Translations under genes and position numbers: made by a program
Assembly (NCBI GenBank): GCA_963801355.1
Contig: CAWDEM010000008.1
Location: 2,368,001-2,432,000, forward strand
DNA: 64,000 nt
Direction of reading: 5' to 3'
Origin: Ignavibacteriota bacterium
GTDB taxonomy: Bacteria; Bacteroidota; Ignavibacteria; UBA10030; UBA6906
The notes under the pieces: generated by a model
The model's database searches: none
Seen by the model: the letters and a program-made list of their open reading frames with translations, nothing else
Told to the model about the DNA's origin: nothing
Part shown: positions 21,851 to 32,697 of the stretch, piece after piece
Layout: every line of letters begins with the position of its first letter
How positions within the stretch are numbered: the stretch's first letter is position 1

Positions 21851-23137
21851 GTGAAGAGCTTCGCATTAAGGGTTTGCTTGGGTATTTCCCTCTTGTTCAA
21901 TGCCTGGCCGGCGTTCGGACAGGGCGAGAGCGCCGTGCCGTTTCTCCTTATCACCCCCTCCATCGACGGAAACGGCATGGGAGGCATGGGTGTGTCGGTG
22001 GGTTCGGATAATGCAACGTCATCCATACTGAACCCGGGCCAGCTCGGCCTCTTCAGCCTGCACAGTTCCTTCAACGTTTCAGTGTACACACCAAAGACCC
22101 AATGGCTGCCGCAATTCCATCTGTCCGATCTGCAGTATGAAGCATGGGGAATCAACGCAGCGCTGAAGGTGAATGATCTCGCCGATCTGCCGTTTCGTTT
22201 GGGCGTGGGGATCGGGTATTCGAAAGTGAACATTGATCTGGGCACATTCGTACTCACGAGTTCATCGGGACCAGGAGTACTGGGCAGGTTCACATCGTAT
22301 GAAACCAGCGCGAATCTCACGATCGGATTGGGATTCGAATACGTCATTCGCGCGGCCCTGGGTGTGACGTTCAAATCGGTCGATTCCCACCTCTCGCCGA
22401 TCGGCACGGAATTGGAGGCGGGCACGGGGTCCGCCAAGCCCCACGCAAGGGATATCGGCCTCATGGCGGTCGTGCCCGTGCCTGACGTCGTCGAGGCGGT
22501 GAGTGGAACAACTCTTGAACTGGTCCCTTCACTGAAACCGCTGTTCGATATCGGCTTCGGCTTCGCACGCTGCAACACGGGGGACCCGGTGGTATACGCT
22601 GATGTCAGCCAGGCCGATCCGCTTCCGAGAAAATCTGCCATAGGCACATACATAGAACTGGGCCTATCGACGACGGTGCTTTCTCCGGCATGGAAACCTC
22701 TCACATTCATGATCGCGCATGAAGCGGAGGATGTTCTGGTAACGCGCAGGCCCGACGGGACCTGGGAATACCAGACCGGGCTCGGCGACATCAGCTTTGT
22801 CGACAATGTCCTGCTGGGGAAGAGTTCGCCCAACGTATGGCTGAGGCGCGGATGGCAACTTCAGGTGTGTGAGGTGCTTTACCTTCGCGGCGGTTCCGTC
22901 GAAGGACCGGGGTTGCGTTACGATACAAAGGGGTACACGCTCTGCCTCGGCGGCGTGTTCAAAATGATCATGGCACTTAGTCCGGAGATGCGGGAGGCCG
23001 GGTGGTTCCGCATTCTTGCCGATCTCCTGGATTTCCAGTACGCATCGGCTGACTACTCCGGCCCCGCGTCGACGATGAACGGCACGTCATTCCGGGGAAT
23101 TTCTCTCGTGCTGCGCACACTTCCATTCGCGGAGTAG
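21851..23137 (+). CDS. PorV/PorQ-like outer-membrane beta-barrel protein (T9SS-associated family)
   Basis: Signal peptide then ESAVPFLLITPS..GNGMG and NPGQLG, typical of PorV/FadL-like N-termini. Start GTG 21851 after GAGG. Confidence 0.7.
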   Translation: MKSFALRVCLGISLLFNAWPAFGQGESAVPFLLITPSIDGNGMGGMGVSVGSDNATSSILNPGQLGLFSLHSSFNVSVYTPKTQWLPQFHLSDLQYEAWGINAALKVNDLADLPFRLGVGIGYSKVNIDLGTFVLTSSSGPGVLGRFTSYETSANLTIGLGFEYVIRAALGVTFKSVDSHLSPIGTELEAGTGSAKPHARDIGLMAVVPVPDVVEAVSGTTLELVPSLKPLFDIGFGFARCNTGDPVVYADVSQADPLPRKSAIGTYIELGLSTTVLSPAWKPLTFMIAHEAEDVLVTRRPDGTWEYQTGLGDISFVDNVLLGKSSPNVWLRRGWQLQVCEVLYLRGGSVEGPGLRYDTKGYTLCLGGVFKMIMALSPEMREAGWFRILADLLDFQYASADYSGPASTMNGTSFRGISLVLRTLPFAE

Positions 23138-23190
23138 GAGTACATGGCGCCGCTACGCGCGTGACCTGTGACCCCTGTCCCCTCTGCCAA

Positions 23191-23228
23191 AAGAAAACCC
23201 CGACGGAAGATCCGCCGGGGTTTTTCTG
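23191..23228. terminator. Bidirectional intrinsic terminator between the PorV-like gene and groEL
   Basis: AAGAAAACCCCGACGGA-aga-TCCGCCGGGGTTTTTCT. Confidence 0.8.
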
Positions 23229-23246
23229 TACAGCGTATACGCCAGT

Positions 23247-25216
<1,970 letters not shown>

Positions 25217-25278
25217 GTCACGCCTCTATTAGATAAGTTGTTGATATTTAATGTGTTATGAGATTGATGCATATAGTG

Positions 25279-25305
25279 TTAGCACTCATACCCGACGAGT
25301 GCTAA
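25279..25305. promoter_or_regulatory. CIRCE element (HrcA operator)
   Basis: Perfect TTAGCACTC-N9-GAGTGCTAA upstream of groES, next to a minus-strand TTGACA(25334-25329)...TATATT promoter. Confidence 0.97.
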
Positions 25306-25387
25306 TAATATAACAAAAAAAAATTCATTGTCAAGAGGGGGCCATCCAGAGGACATGTCTCATGACTTTTCCGGGATTTCGACGATT

Positions 25388-26944
25388 CTATGCCGGGTTC
25401 GGCTTCCGGACTGCCGAGACCTCGAAGAAGTGGATTCCGTAACCTGGCAGATCGAAGTAGATCCCCCGCGATTGCAGACCCCCCCTGTCGCGCACATAAA
25501 TTGCCGGCCCCATCAAATCCCGGAACTCGATTAGCCCCCCGTCTGCGCTGTCCAGAGGAACTTCGACGTAGCACTGACCCGTCTGCGGTGCGTAGTTCAC
25601 CACCACCATCCGGGCGCCTTCGGAGGGACGTGACCACCAGAACACCAGAAAGTTGTTCCACGTGTAGTTGTCGTGCCATGCCGCCCGGCAATCGAGCAAC
25701 CGCCACTCCCCATGATGCATTACCGGATTGTTGATTGCGCTCAGCAGTTCCCGGTAAAAAGCGGAGCACCGCGGATTCAACGGCTCCTCCGGACGACGGT
25801 GGAGCTGAGCCGGCACGCGTACCAAGCGCCCGTCCATCTGCCCCTCGTGAACAAGCACCATGCCTGGAACGGTGAACGTGACCACGGCCGCGGCGAAGCG
25901 CCATGCCTCGGAGGGAAGCATGCGCGCCGCCCGCTGCTCATCGTGGTTCTCCAGAAAGCGGATGGACCGGCTCTGGTACGTAAGTTCCGCTTTCAGGTGG
26001 TCATGCACCGACGACGCCCCCTCATGCAGAAGCCGGTCGTACAGAGTCTTATCATAGGTATACTGAAATCCCAGTTGCTGGAGGTCCCACTCGCGATTCC
26101 AGTACGACTCTGCAAGAAACAGGAACTCAGGATGCAGCGCGTGCACACGCCCGATGGCTTCCTCCCAGAATTCCCTGGTTGCTTCGTCGCCCGGTGCGAC
26201 CTGAAGGTAATCGTGCCACGAGCGCTGGAAGACATCATTCAACAACAGCATCGCCATATCGCATCGCACGCCGTCGCACAATGCGGAAACCCGTTCAAGC
26301 TCTTTGATGATTGCAGTACGTGCCACCTGCGACCGGTGATTCAACTGCGCGGTGTCAGTCCAGCCGGGAAACATCGGATCCCGGCCGTGGGCGATCACCC
26401 GTTCGCCCCAGTCGGTGTCGGTGCGGAAAAAGATGGAGGTGCGTTCCCGCTCATCCCCGGCGTGCCCGTTGATGTACCATTCCGGATGGAGACGCACCCA
26501 TGCGCAATCCCGCGCGGTATGGTTCGCCACGAAATCCAGCACCAGCCCCATGCCTCTCCGCGCCAGACGGGTTCGCAAGCGACGGAGAGCGGCGTTCCCG
26601 CCGAACTCGGGTGCGACACGGTATGACCGGACCGCATAGGGGCTTCCGGTCACGTCTTCCAGGCGGAAATCGGGAAGCGCGGCAAGGTATTCCTCCTGAA
26701 GGCCGGCGTCCGTCCGGGCTATGTCACGGCTGATCTCGCTTCGCGTCCAGACCCCCATCAGCCAGATGGCATCGAAACCCAGCGATGCCCACTCATCGAT
26801 AAGCGCGTCAGGGAGATCCCCCAGGGTAAGGGTTTTCCCCGCCGACTCCGAACACTCCCGCATCAACACGTTGATGTTTACTTCGTACAGTACCGGATGC
26901 TTCGACTCACGCAGTCTCATTCGTGGAGCCGCTGTCTTCACCAT
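25388..26944 (-). CDS. GH13 alpha-amylase-family glycosidase
   Basis: LDFVANH; catalytic DGVRCDMA, FLAESY and FLENHDE. Confidence 0.9.
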   Translation of the reverse strand: MVKTAAPRMRLRESKHPVLYEVNINVLMRECSESAGKTLTLGDLPDALIDEWASLGFDAIWLMGVWTRSEISRDIARTDAGLQEEYLAALPDFRLEDVTGSPYAVRSYRVAPEFGGNAALRRLRTRLARRGMGLVLDFVANHTARDCAWVRLHPEWYINGHAGDERERTSIFFRTDTDWGERVIAHGRDPMFPGWTDTAQLNHRSQVARTAIIKELERVSALCDGVRCDMAMLLLNDVFQRSWHDYLQVAPGDEATREFWEEAIGRVHALHPEFLFLAESYWNREWDLQQLGFQYTYDKTLYDRLLHEGASSVHDHLKAELTYQSRSIRFLENHDEQRAARMLPSEAWRFAAAVVTFTVPGMVLVHEGQMDGRLVRVPAQLHRRPEEPLNPRCSAFYRELLSAINNPVMHHGEWRLLDCRAAWHDNYTWNNFLVFWWSRPSEGARMVVVNYAPQTGQCYVEVPLDSADGGLIEFRDLMGPAIYVRDRGGLQSRGIYFDLPGYGIHFFEVSAVRKPNPA

Positions 26945-27656
26945 GGGATGACTCCCGGTATGATTTCCCTCCGTTGGCGCCCTGAATCACCAGCACAATC
27001 TCGCCCCGGGGTGCTTTCTTGCGCACCCCTTCCAGCAGGTCAGAGAGCGACCCCCGCCGGATTTCTTCGAACTTCTTCGTCAACTCGCGTGCAAGCACCG
27101 CCTGCCGGTCGCCCAGCGCTGTCGCAAGATCCTGCAACGTTCTCTCCACGCGGTGCGGGGCTTCGTACACGACAATTGTCCGGGCTTCCTCTTTGAGCAT
27201 CCGGAGCCGCGTTGCGCGCCCCTTCTTCAGCGGCAGGAAACCTTCAAACACGAACCGGTCGGTGGGAAGCCCGCTTGCCACCAGGGCAGCCAGCACCGCA
27301 CTTGCGCCGGGAACGGGAATCACACGGATACCCGCATCCACCGCGGCACGCACAAGTGCGAACGCCGGGTCGGAGATCCCCGGCGTTCCTGCATCCGTCA
27401 CCACGGCGATGGTCTCTCCGTTCCGGAGACGATCCAGAAGTTCCGCAACGCGCCGGCGCTCATTGTAGCTGTGGTAACTCACCATGGGTTTCTTGAAGCC
27501 AAGGTGTGCCAGCAGCACGCCGCTCGTGCGGGTGTCCTCCGCGGCGACACAATCCACCCCTTCCAGAATTGCCGCAGCCCTGTGTGAAATGTCTTCGAGA
27601 TTTCCGATCGGCGTTGCGACGACGTACAGCGCTCCCTTGATGATCTCTTCCTTCAT
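26907..27656 (-). CDS. rsmI: 16S rRNA C1402 2'-O-methyltransferase
   Basis: [39 protein letters not shown]. Confidence 0.95.
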   Translation of the reverse strand: MKEEIIKGALYVVATPIGNLEDISHRAAAILEGVDCVAAEDTRTSGVLLAHLGFKKPMVSYHSYNERRRVAELLDRLRNGETIAVVTDAGTPGISDPAFALVRAAVDAGIRVIPVPGASAVLAALVASGLPTDRFVFEGFLPLKKGRATRLRMLKEEARTIVVYEAPHRVERTLQDLATALGDRQAVLARELTKKFEEIRRGSLSDLLEGVRKKAPRGEIVLVIQGANGGKSYRESSHGEDSGSTNETA

Positions 27657-28495
27657 ATCCCCCAATCCCTGGCATACCGGAAATCGATGTTGACAGTCCG
27701 ATGCGACACTTTTGCGATCAGCGGGGGGCGCCGCTTGAACTGACTGCGTGACACCATCCCCCGGATCTGCCGGATGAACTCAGGAGAGAATCCGGCTGCA
27801 GTGCACTCGTCGTCCGTGCGGCGTTCATCGATCATCAGATACAGAAGGCGGTCCGCCTCGGCATACGTGAACCCGAATTCACCTTCATCGGTCTGTCCGC
27901 TCCAGAGATCCGCGGAGGGTTGTTTGGTTACGACCTGCTCCGGCAATCCGAGCGCGCGTGCCAGCTGCCAGACCTGCGATTTATACAGGTCACCGAGCGG
28001 ATTGATGGCGCATGCCATATCTCCGAACAATGTGCCGTACCCGAGCAGTAACTCGGTTTTGTTGCTCGTGCCGAATACGAGAGCATGGTCACGCTGTGAG
28101 AGGTCATACAGGATGATCATCCGTTCACGCGCCATCACATTCCCGGCCCGCACCCTGCCGGCATCGCCGATCATCTGCAGATAAGGTTCCACCATCGCCG
28201 TAATGTCCACCTGTTCAATCTGTATCCCCGTGTGCCGGGCCACGAGCCTGGCGTCAGAGACGCTATCGGGATTGCTGGTGCGGTAGGGCATGACCACACC
28301 CAGGACATTTTCCGGCCCCAGGGCCTTCGCGGCAAGCGCGGCGCAGACAGCGGAATCGACACCTCCGGAAAGCCCGAGAACCCCCCGTGTGAAGCCTGCC
28401 TGACGGGTTTCGTCTTTGAGGAAATCGACGAGGAGGCGCTCCACAAAACGGGTTTCAAGCAGAAGTGACCGGTCAAGCGGGTTTGCAGTTTCCAT
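27653..28495 (-). CDS. nadE: NH3-dependent NAD+ synthetase
   Basis: [32 protein letters not shown]. Confidence 0.95.
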   Translation of the reverse strand: METANPLDRSLLLETRFVERLLVDFLKDETRQAGFTRGVLGLSGGVDSAVCAALAAKALGPENVLGVVMPYRTSNPDSVSDARLVARHTGIQIEQVDITAMVEPYLQMIGDAGRVRAGNVMARERMIILYDLSQRDHALVFGTSNKTELLLGYGTLFGDMACAINPLGDLYKSQVWQLARALGLPEQVVTKQPSADLWSGQTDEGEFGFTYAEADRLLYLMIDERRTDDECTAAGFSPEFIRQIRGMVSRSQFKRRPPLIAKVSHRTVNIDFRYARDWGI

Positions 28496-28500
28496 GCGAA

Positions 28501-28581
28501 ATAGTACGAAATTTCAGCGCCCTATTCAACATCGGTGCCCGTCGCAGAAATCTTGACTCTCCCGGCCATTATAGGTATTCT
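28501..28581. promoter_or_regulatory. Divergent promoters for nadE (probably leaderless) and the S8 protease
   Basis: Minus TTGAAT(28529-28524)-N17-TACTAT(28506-28501)-5 nt-ATG. Plus TTGACT(28553-28558)-N17-TATTCT(28576-28581). Confidence 0.6.
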
Positions 28582-28622
28582 TGTAGAGTGGTGTTGAAGT
28601 ATCACGATCGCCGGGGCAGAGC

Positions 28623-30413
28623 ATGAAGTACACTGGAGGCATTCTGGTTATTGCGTTTTGTGTGATGGCACAGCCTGCTTCTCCGGCACCCAAAATCGGC
28701 GGGCACCTTGCACGTCTGATGAACACGGACAGCACCGGCGGCTCCTACACCGTGTGGGTCACGTTTGCCGACAAGGGATCGTCCGGACTTCAGAAGATCC
28801 ATGAGCCTGCAGCCATTGTCTCGGAGCGCTCGCTGATGCGCCGGCGCAATGTTCTTCCGGAAGATGCTGTCGTGGATTATGCCGACCTTCCGATTGAAGA
28901 ACGCTATGTCGAAGCCGTGTGTGCGGCGGGAGCCCGGATCCGCCAGCGCTCCCGGTGGTTCAACGCGGTGAGCCTGGTGGCCACGCGCCAACAGATTCAT
29001 GCCATCGCCCAGCTCCCCTTTGTGAAGGACGTCGATCTCGTGAATATGTACGGTACACGACGCATGGATCCACCTGCTGATGACACACCGCCACCGACCC
29101 ATCCCCTCTTGAAGAGTGATCAAGCGCATCTTCTCGACTATGGCCCATCAGTCAACCAGCTCCTGCTGATCAACGTTCCGCCAGTGCACGATCTCGGGAA
29201 CCACGCCGAGGGAGTCATCGTGGGTGTCTTTGACAACGGGTTCCGTCTTCTCACGCATGAGGTGTTTGCTTCGATGAACATCATTGCCACGCGTGATTTC
29301 GTGGATCACAAAACCAGCGTTGTCCCCAACAATCCCGCCTCGAATTTCGGTGACCATGGCGTGAACACGCTCTCAACGATTGGCGGCTACAAACCGGGTC
29401 AGTTGGTTGGGCCGGCCTTTGGAGCCTCGTTTGTTCTTGCACGTACTGAAAACGATAGCAGTGAAACCCCCGTGGAAGAGGACAACTGGCTTGCGGCAAT
29501 GGAATGGGCTGACAGTATTGGCGTGCAGGTGACAAGTACTTCTCTCGGGTACGGCAACTCCTCCGCATACCCCTATCCTCCCCCGTACGTCAACTGGACG
29601 TGGGAAGATATGGATGGGAGAACCACACTGATTTCCCGCGCTGCAGCTATGGCCGTGCGCAAAGGAATTGTCGTTCTGAATAGCGCCGGCAATGAGGGGT
29701 ATGATGCGGCACACAATACCCTTAACGCTCCGGCTGACGCAGACAGCGTCGTTGCAGTGGGGGCGGCGACGCTTTCCGGTAGCCGAACCTCCTTCAGTTC
29801 AGTGGGACCATCCGCCTCGGATCCGCCTCACATAAAGCCCGACGTCATGGCATTGGGAACAGGCGTGTTTATTGCCAGTGCAACTGACTCGGCGGGGTAC
29901 AGCCCATTCGGCCAGGGGACATCGTTTGCCTGCCCGCTCGCGGCTGGTGTCGCAGCTCTTCTGGTCAAGGCGGCACCAAAAGCATCGCCCATGGCCATCG
30001 TGAACGCGATGAAGGTCACGGCATCCAATGCCAGCTATCCGAACAATTTGGTCGGCTGGGGGGTCGTCAATGCAAAAGCGGCTCTCGACTTTCTGATGAG
30101 CGGTGATACAAATGTAACCCCCGGTCTCCCCGCAGCCTACGCGCTCGAGCAGAACTACCCCAATCCGTTCAACCCGGCGACAAGGATCAGATACAGCATC
30201 CAGGGACCGGGCGTCAGCTGGGTCCGCCTGGCAGTCTACGATCTGTTGGGCAGAGAGATTGCCGTGCTAGTAGATCGCTCTCAGGTCCCCGGCAACCACG
30301 AGTTGCCATTCGTTGCCACAGGCCTCGCAAGCGGCGTGTACGTCTATCGCCTGGAGGTACAGGGCACGGAAACCAGTTTTACGATGTCAAGAACAATGGT
30401 CGTCGTGCGATGA
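28623..30413 (+). CDS. Secreted S8 (subtilisin-like) serine peptidase with T9SS-type C-terminal sorting domain
   Basis: Catalytic triad VFDNG, DHGVNT, GTSFACP; oxyanion SAGN; CTD LEQNYPNPFNP...YDLLGRE...SGVY. Confidence 0.92.
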   Translation: MKYTGGILVIAFCVMAQPASPAPKIGGHLARLMNTDSTGGSYTVWVTFADKGSSGLQKIHEPAAIVSERSLMRRRNVLPEDAVVDYADLPIEERYVEAVCAAGARIRQRSRWFNAVSLVATRQQIHAIAQLPFVKDVDLVNMYGTRRMDPPADDTPPPTHPLLKSDQAHLLDYGPSVNQLLLINVPPVHDLGNHAEGVIVGVFDNGFRLLTHEVFASMNIIATRDFVDHKTSVVPNNPASNFGDHGVNTLSTIGGYKPGQLVGPAFGASFVLARTENDSSETPVEEDNWLAAMEWADSIGVQVTSTSLGYGNSSAYPYPPPYVNWTWEDMDGRTTLISRAAAMAVRKGIVVLNSAGNEGYDAAHNTLNAPADADSVVAVGAATLSGSRTSFSSVGPSASDPPHIKPDVMALGTGVFIASATDSAGYSPFGQGTSFACPLAAGVAALLVKAAPKASPMAIVNAMKVTASNASYPNNLVGWGVVNAKAALDFLMSGDTNVTPGLPAAYALEQNYPNPFNPATRIRYSIQGPGVSWVRLAVYDLLGREIAVLVDRSQVPGNHELPFVATGLASGVYVYRLEVQGTETSFTMSRTMVVVR

Positions 30414-30427
30414 GACGGCCGGTATAG

Positions 30428-30925
30428 TCATCCCTTGATGAATTTCGTCCCGAGCGCACCGCAGATCGGGCATTTCTCGGGCGCCTTGCCGAATTCGATA
30501 TACCCGCAGGTCGGACACAAATAGAATTCACTCACTGCGAGATCCTTCCCACCCTTCGCCGCCTGAATCGCATGCGTGTACAAACGTGCGTGTACCGCTT
30601 CCGCCTGCACGGCATAATCGAACATCCGCTTCGCCTTGTGTCCTGCTTTCTCGGCCTCGGCGAGCATCGGCGGATACATCGTCGTGAATTCGTAGGTCTC
30701 ACCGTTGATCGCCGCCTGAAGATTCTCAAAGGTAGAGCCGATGCCATCCAGACTGTTGAGGTGCCCTGCGGCATGTGTCCTTTCAGCTTCGGCGGTCAAA
30801 CGGAAGAGCTTGGCAATATTGGGAAGGCCGTCTTGCTCCGCTTTCTTGGCATAGGCCGCGTATTTTTGAAATGCCTGGCTTTCCCCGGCAAAGGCTTCTT
30901 TCAGATGTTCAATCGTTGTGGGCAT
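30428..30925 (-). CDS. Rubrerythrin
   Basis: AFAGESQA, E..HA diiron motifs; C-terminal CPTCG...CPICG rubredoxin domain. Confidence 0.93.
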   Translation of the reverse strand: MPTTIEHLKEAFAGESQAFQKYAAYAKKAEQDGLPNIAKLFRLTAEAERTHAAGHLNSLDGIGSTFENLQAAINGETYEFTTMYPPMLAEAEKAGHKAKRMFDYAVQAEAVHARLYTHAIQAAKGGKDLAVSEFYLCPTCGYIEFGKAPEKCPICGALGTKFIKG

Positions 30926-30981
30926 TGCAGCTCCTTGGCTGTGAAGTGAACAACACTCAGTGCATGGGACATTGTGCGACA

Positions 30982-31015
30982 GGTGAGACTCACTGTGTGC
31001 ATGGTGAGTCTCACC
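30982..31015. repeat. Perfect 12-bp inverted repeat between lat and rubrerythrin
   Basis: GGTGAGACTCAC-N10-GTGAGTCTCACC. Confidence 0.8.
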
Positions 31016-31024
31016 ACCGGCAGT

Positions 31025-32536
31025 CTACACCACGGTCTGCACGGCCTTGCGCATTATCCCGATGCCCTCGTCGATCTCCGCTTTGGAGACCGTCAACGGC
31101 GGACGGAAGCGGATCGCACGCTCCCCGCTCGGGAGAGCAATAAGGCCGTTTTCATATGCTTTTTCGCGTATCCTGGTTCTCAACTCGGGCGTCGCCACGT
31201 CGAAGGCCGCGAACAGGCCGAGACCGCGGGAGTTCGAGACAACCGACGGGAACTCCGCTTCAAGCCCGTTCAGACGCGAGACGAGGTACGCGCCCATGAC
31301 CCTGGCGTTCTCCACCAGCGAATCTTCTTCGATGATCTCGAGGTATCGCTGCGCGCGAACCATATCCACAAGGTTTCCGCCCCACGTTGAGTTGATGCGG
31401 CTGGGAACGGCGAAGACATGTTCCTGTACCTCTTCAATCCGCTTGCTGCAGAGGAATCCGCAGACCTGCATTTTCTTGCCGAACGAAATCATGTCCGGCT
31501 CGACGAAATGCTGATGGGCCCACATCTTCCCGGTGAGGCCGATCCCGGTCTGTACTTCGTCCATGATCAGCATCGCTTCGTTCTCGTCGGCAAGTTGCCG
31601 GAGGGCGCGAAAGAATTCCGGGCGGAAGTGGTTGTCGCCGCCCTCCCCCTGAATCACCTCGATGATGATCGCTGCGATATCGTCCTTGTTATTGTGAAAG
31701 GCTTCTTTGATCTGATTGATGCTGATCTCCTCGTCATGCTGCACGAGAGCCAGGTGTTCCGGCGTCAACGGAAACCGCACGACCGGATTCGAGATGCGTG
31801 GCCACGAGAACTTCGGGTAGAGATCGGTCTTCACGGGGTCGGTATTGGTCAACGACAGCGTGTATCCCGTGCGACCGTGGAATGCCTGCCTGAAATGTAT
31901 GATCTGCTTACCCCGTTCGGTCTGATAGCCCCGGGCGAAATTCTTCCGGATTTTCCAATCGAATGCGGCCTTCAGCGCGTTTTCCACGCCCAGCGCACCG
32001 CCTTCAATGAACAGCAGATGAGGAAGGTAGGCCGGCATCGCAACGCGTTCGAAAACTTCAAGGAACTCGGCCTGTTCCGCGGTGTAGATGTCGGAGTTCG
32101 AGGGTTTGTTCACAGCCACATAGGCCAGCTTCTGCAGGAAGTCCGGTGATGTCATCTTCGGGTGGTTCAATCCGACCGGCGATGAAGCGACGAACGTGAA
32201 GAAATCCAGATACTTCTTTCCGTTCTTCGCGTCAACAATGTAGCTCCCGCGGCTCTTCCGGAGATCGATGACAATATCAAACCCGTCGATGAGCATGTGT
32301 TTCCGCAGTGTTGGAAGAACCCGATCCGGCGTGATGGCCGGTCCCGTCATCAATGGTGCCTGCGACGTCCGTTTCCCCGGACGAGGTGTGCTCGTTTTCA
32401 GGGACCTCTTGCCCGCCTGGCGGCGCAAGTCTGTTTTCAGGGGCCTCTTGCCCGCCGGGCGGCGCAAGTCTGTTTTCACGGGCCTCTTGCCCGCCGGGCG
32501 GCGGGGCCGCTGTGCACGACGTTTGCCAATAGCCAT
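31025..32536 (-). CDS. lat: L-lysine 6-aminotransferase (class III PLP) with basic N-terminal extension
   Basis: NKPSNSDIY, GGALGVENALKAAFDWK, IQGEGGD, DEVQTG, FGKKMQVCG, RINSTWGGNLVDM; strong SD AAGAAGGAG. Confidence 0.92.
   Translation of the reverse strand: MAIGKRRAQRPRRPAGKRPVKTDLRRPAGKRPLKTDLRRQAGKRSLKTSTPRPGKRTSQAPLMTGPAITPDRVLPTLRKHMLIDGFDIVIDLRKSRGSYIVDAKNGKKYLDFFTFVASSPVGLNHPKMTSPDFLQKLAYVAVNKPSNSDIYTAEQAEFLEVFERVAMPAYLPHLLFIEGGALGVENALKAAFDWKIRKNFARGYQTERGKQIIHFRQAFHGRTGYTLSLTNTDPVKTDLYPKFSWPRISNPVVRFPLTPEHLALVQHDEEISINQIKEAFHNNKDDIAAIIIEVIQGEGGDNHFRPEFFRALRQLADENEAMLIMDEVQTGIGLTGKMWAHQHFVEPDMISFGKKMQVCGFLCSKRIEEVQEHVFAVPSRINSTWGGNLVDMVRAQRYLEIIEEDSLVENARVMGAYLVSRLNGLEAEFPSVVSNSRGLGLFAAFDVATPELRTRIREKAYENGLIALPSGERAIRFRPPLTVSKAEIDEGIGIMRKAVQTVV
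32394..32503. repeat. 39-bp tandem repeat (about 2.8 copies) in the lat 5' coding region
   Basis: Unit GTTTTCAGGG(A/G)CCTCTTGCCCGCC(T/G)GGCGGCGCAAGTCT starting at 32394, 32433 and 32472. Confidence 0.9.
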
Positions 32537-32584
32537 GGTTCTGCTCCTTCTTGGTCAGTTGACTCGGTGAGAACTCTGGTGAAA

Positions 32585-32621
32585 TCCGGGGGAGGGAACA
32601 GCGGTCCCCTCCCTCCACGGA
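32585..32621 (-). terminator. Strong GC hairpin in the lat leader (attenuator or stability element; weak U-tract)
   Basis: Minus TCCGTGGA-GGGAGGGGAC-cgct-GTTCCCTCCC-CCGGA-TTTC. Confidence 0.5.
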
Positions 32622-32631
32622 GCAGGATGGC

Positions 32632-32697
32632 TCAATAGAACTCGTTGTGCTCGAAAAGCGAGACGAAGTAGAGAGGCTGATGCGTCACACTGATCAC
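32632..32697 (-). CDS. Putative leader/arrest peptide (M)ISVTHQPLYFVSLFEHNEFY
   Basis: GTG overlaps the ALDH stop (GTGA); alternative GTG at 32688; ends TTC TAT TGA, 10 nt before the hairpin. Confidence 0.45.
   Translation of the reverse strand: MISVTHQPLYFVSLFEHNEFY

Noticed and set aside
32394-32503. 39-bp repeats as a possible CRISPR array
   Set aside because: Directly tandem with no unique spacers, in frame within a CDS, and no cas genes nearby
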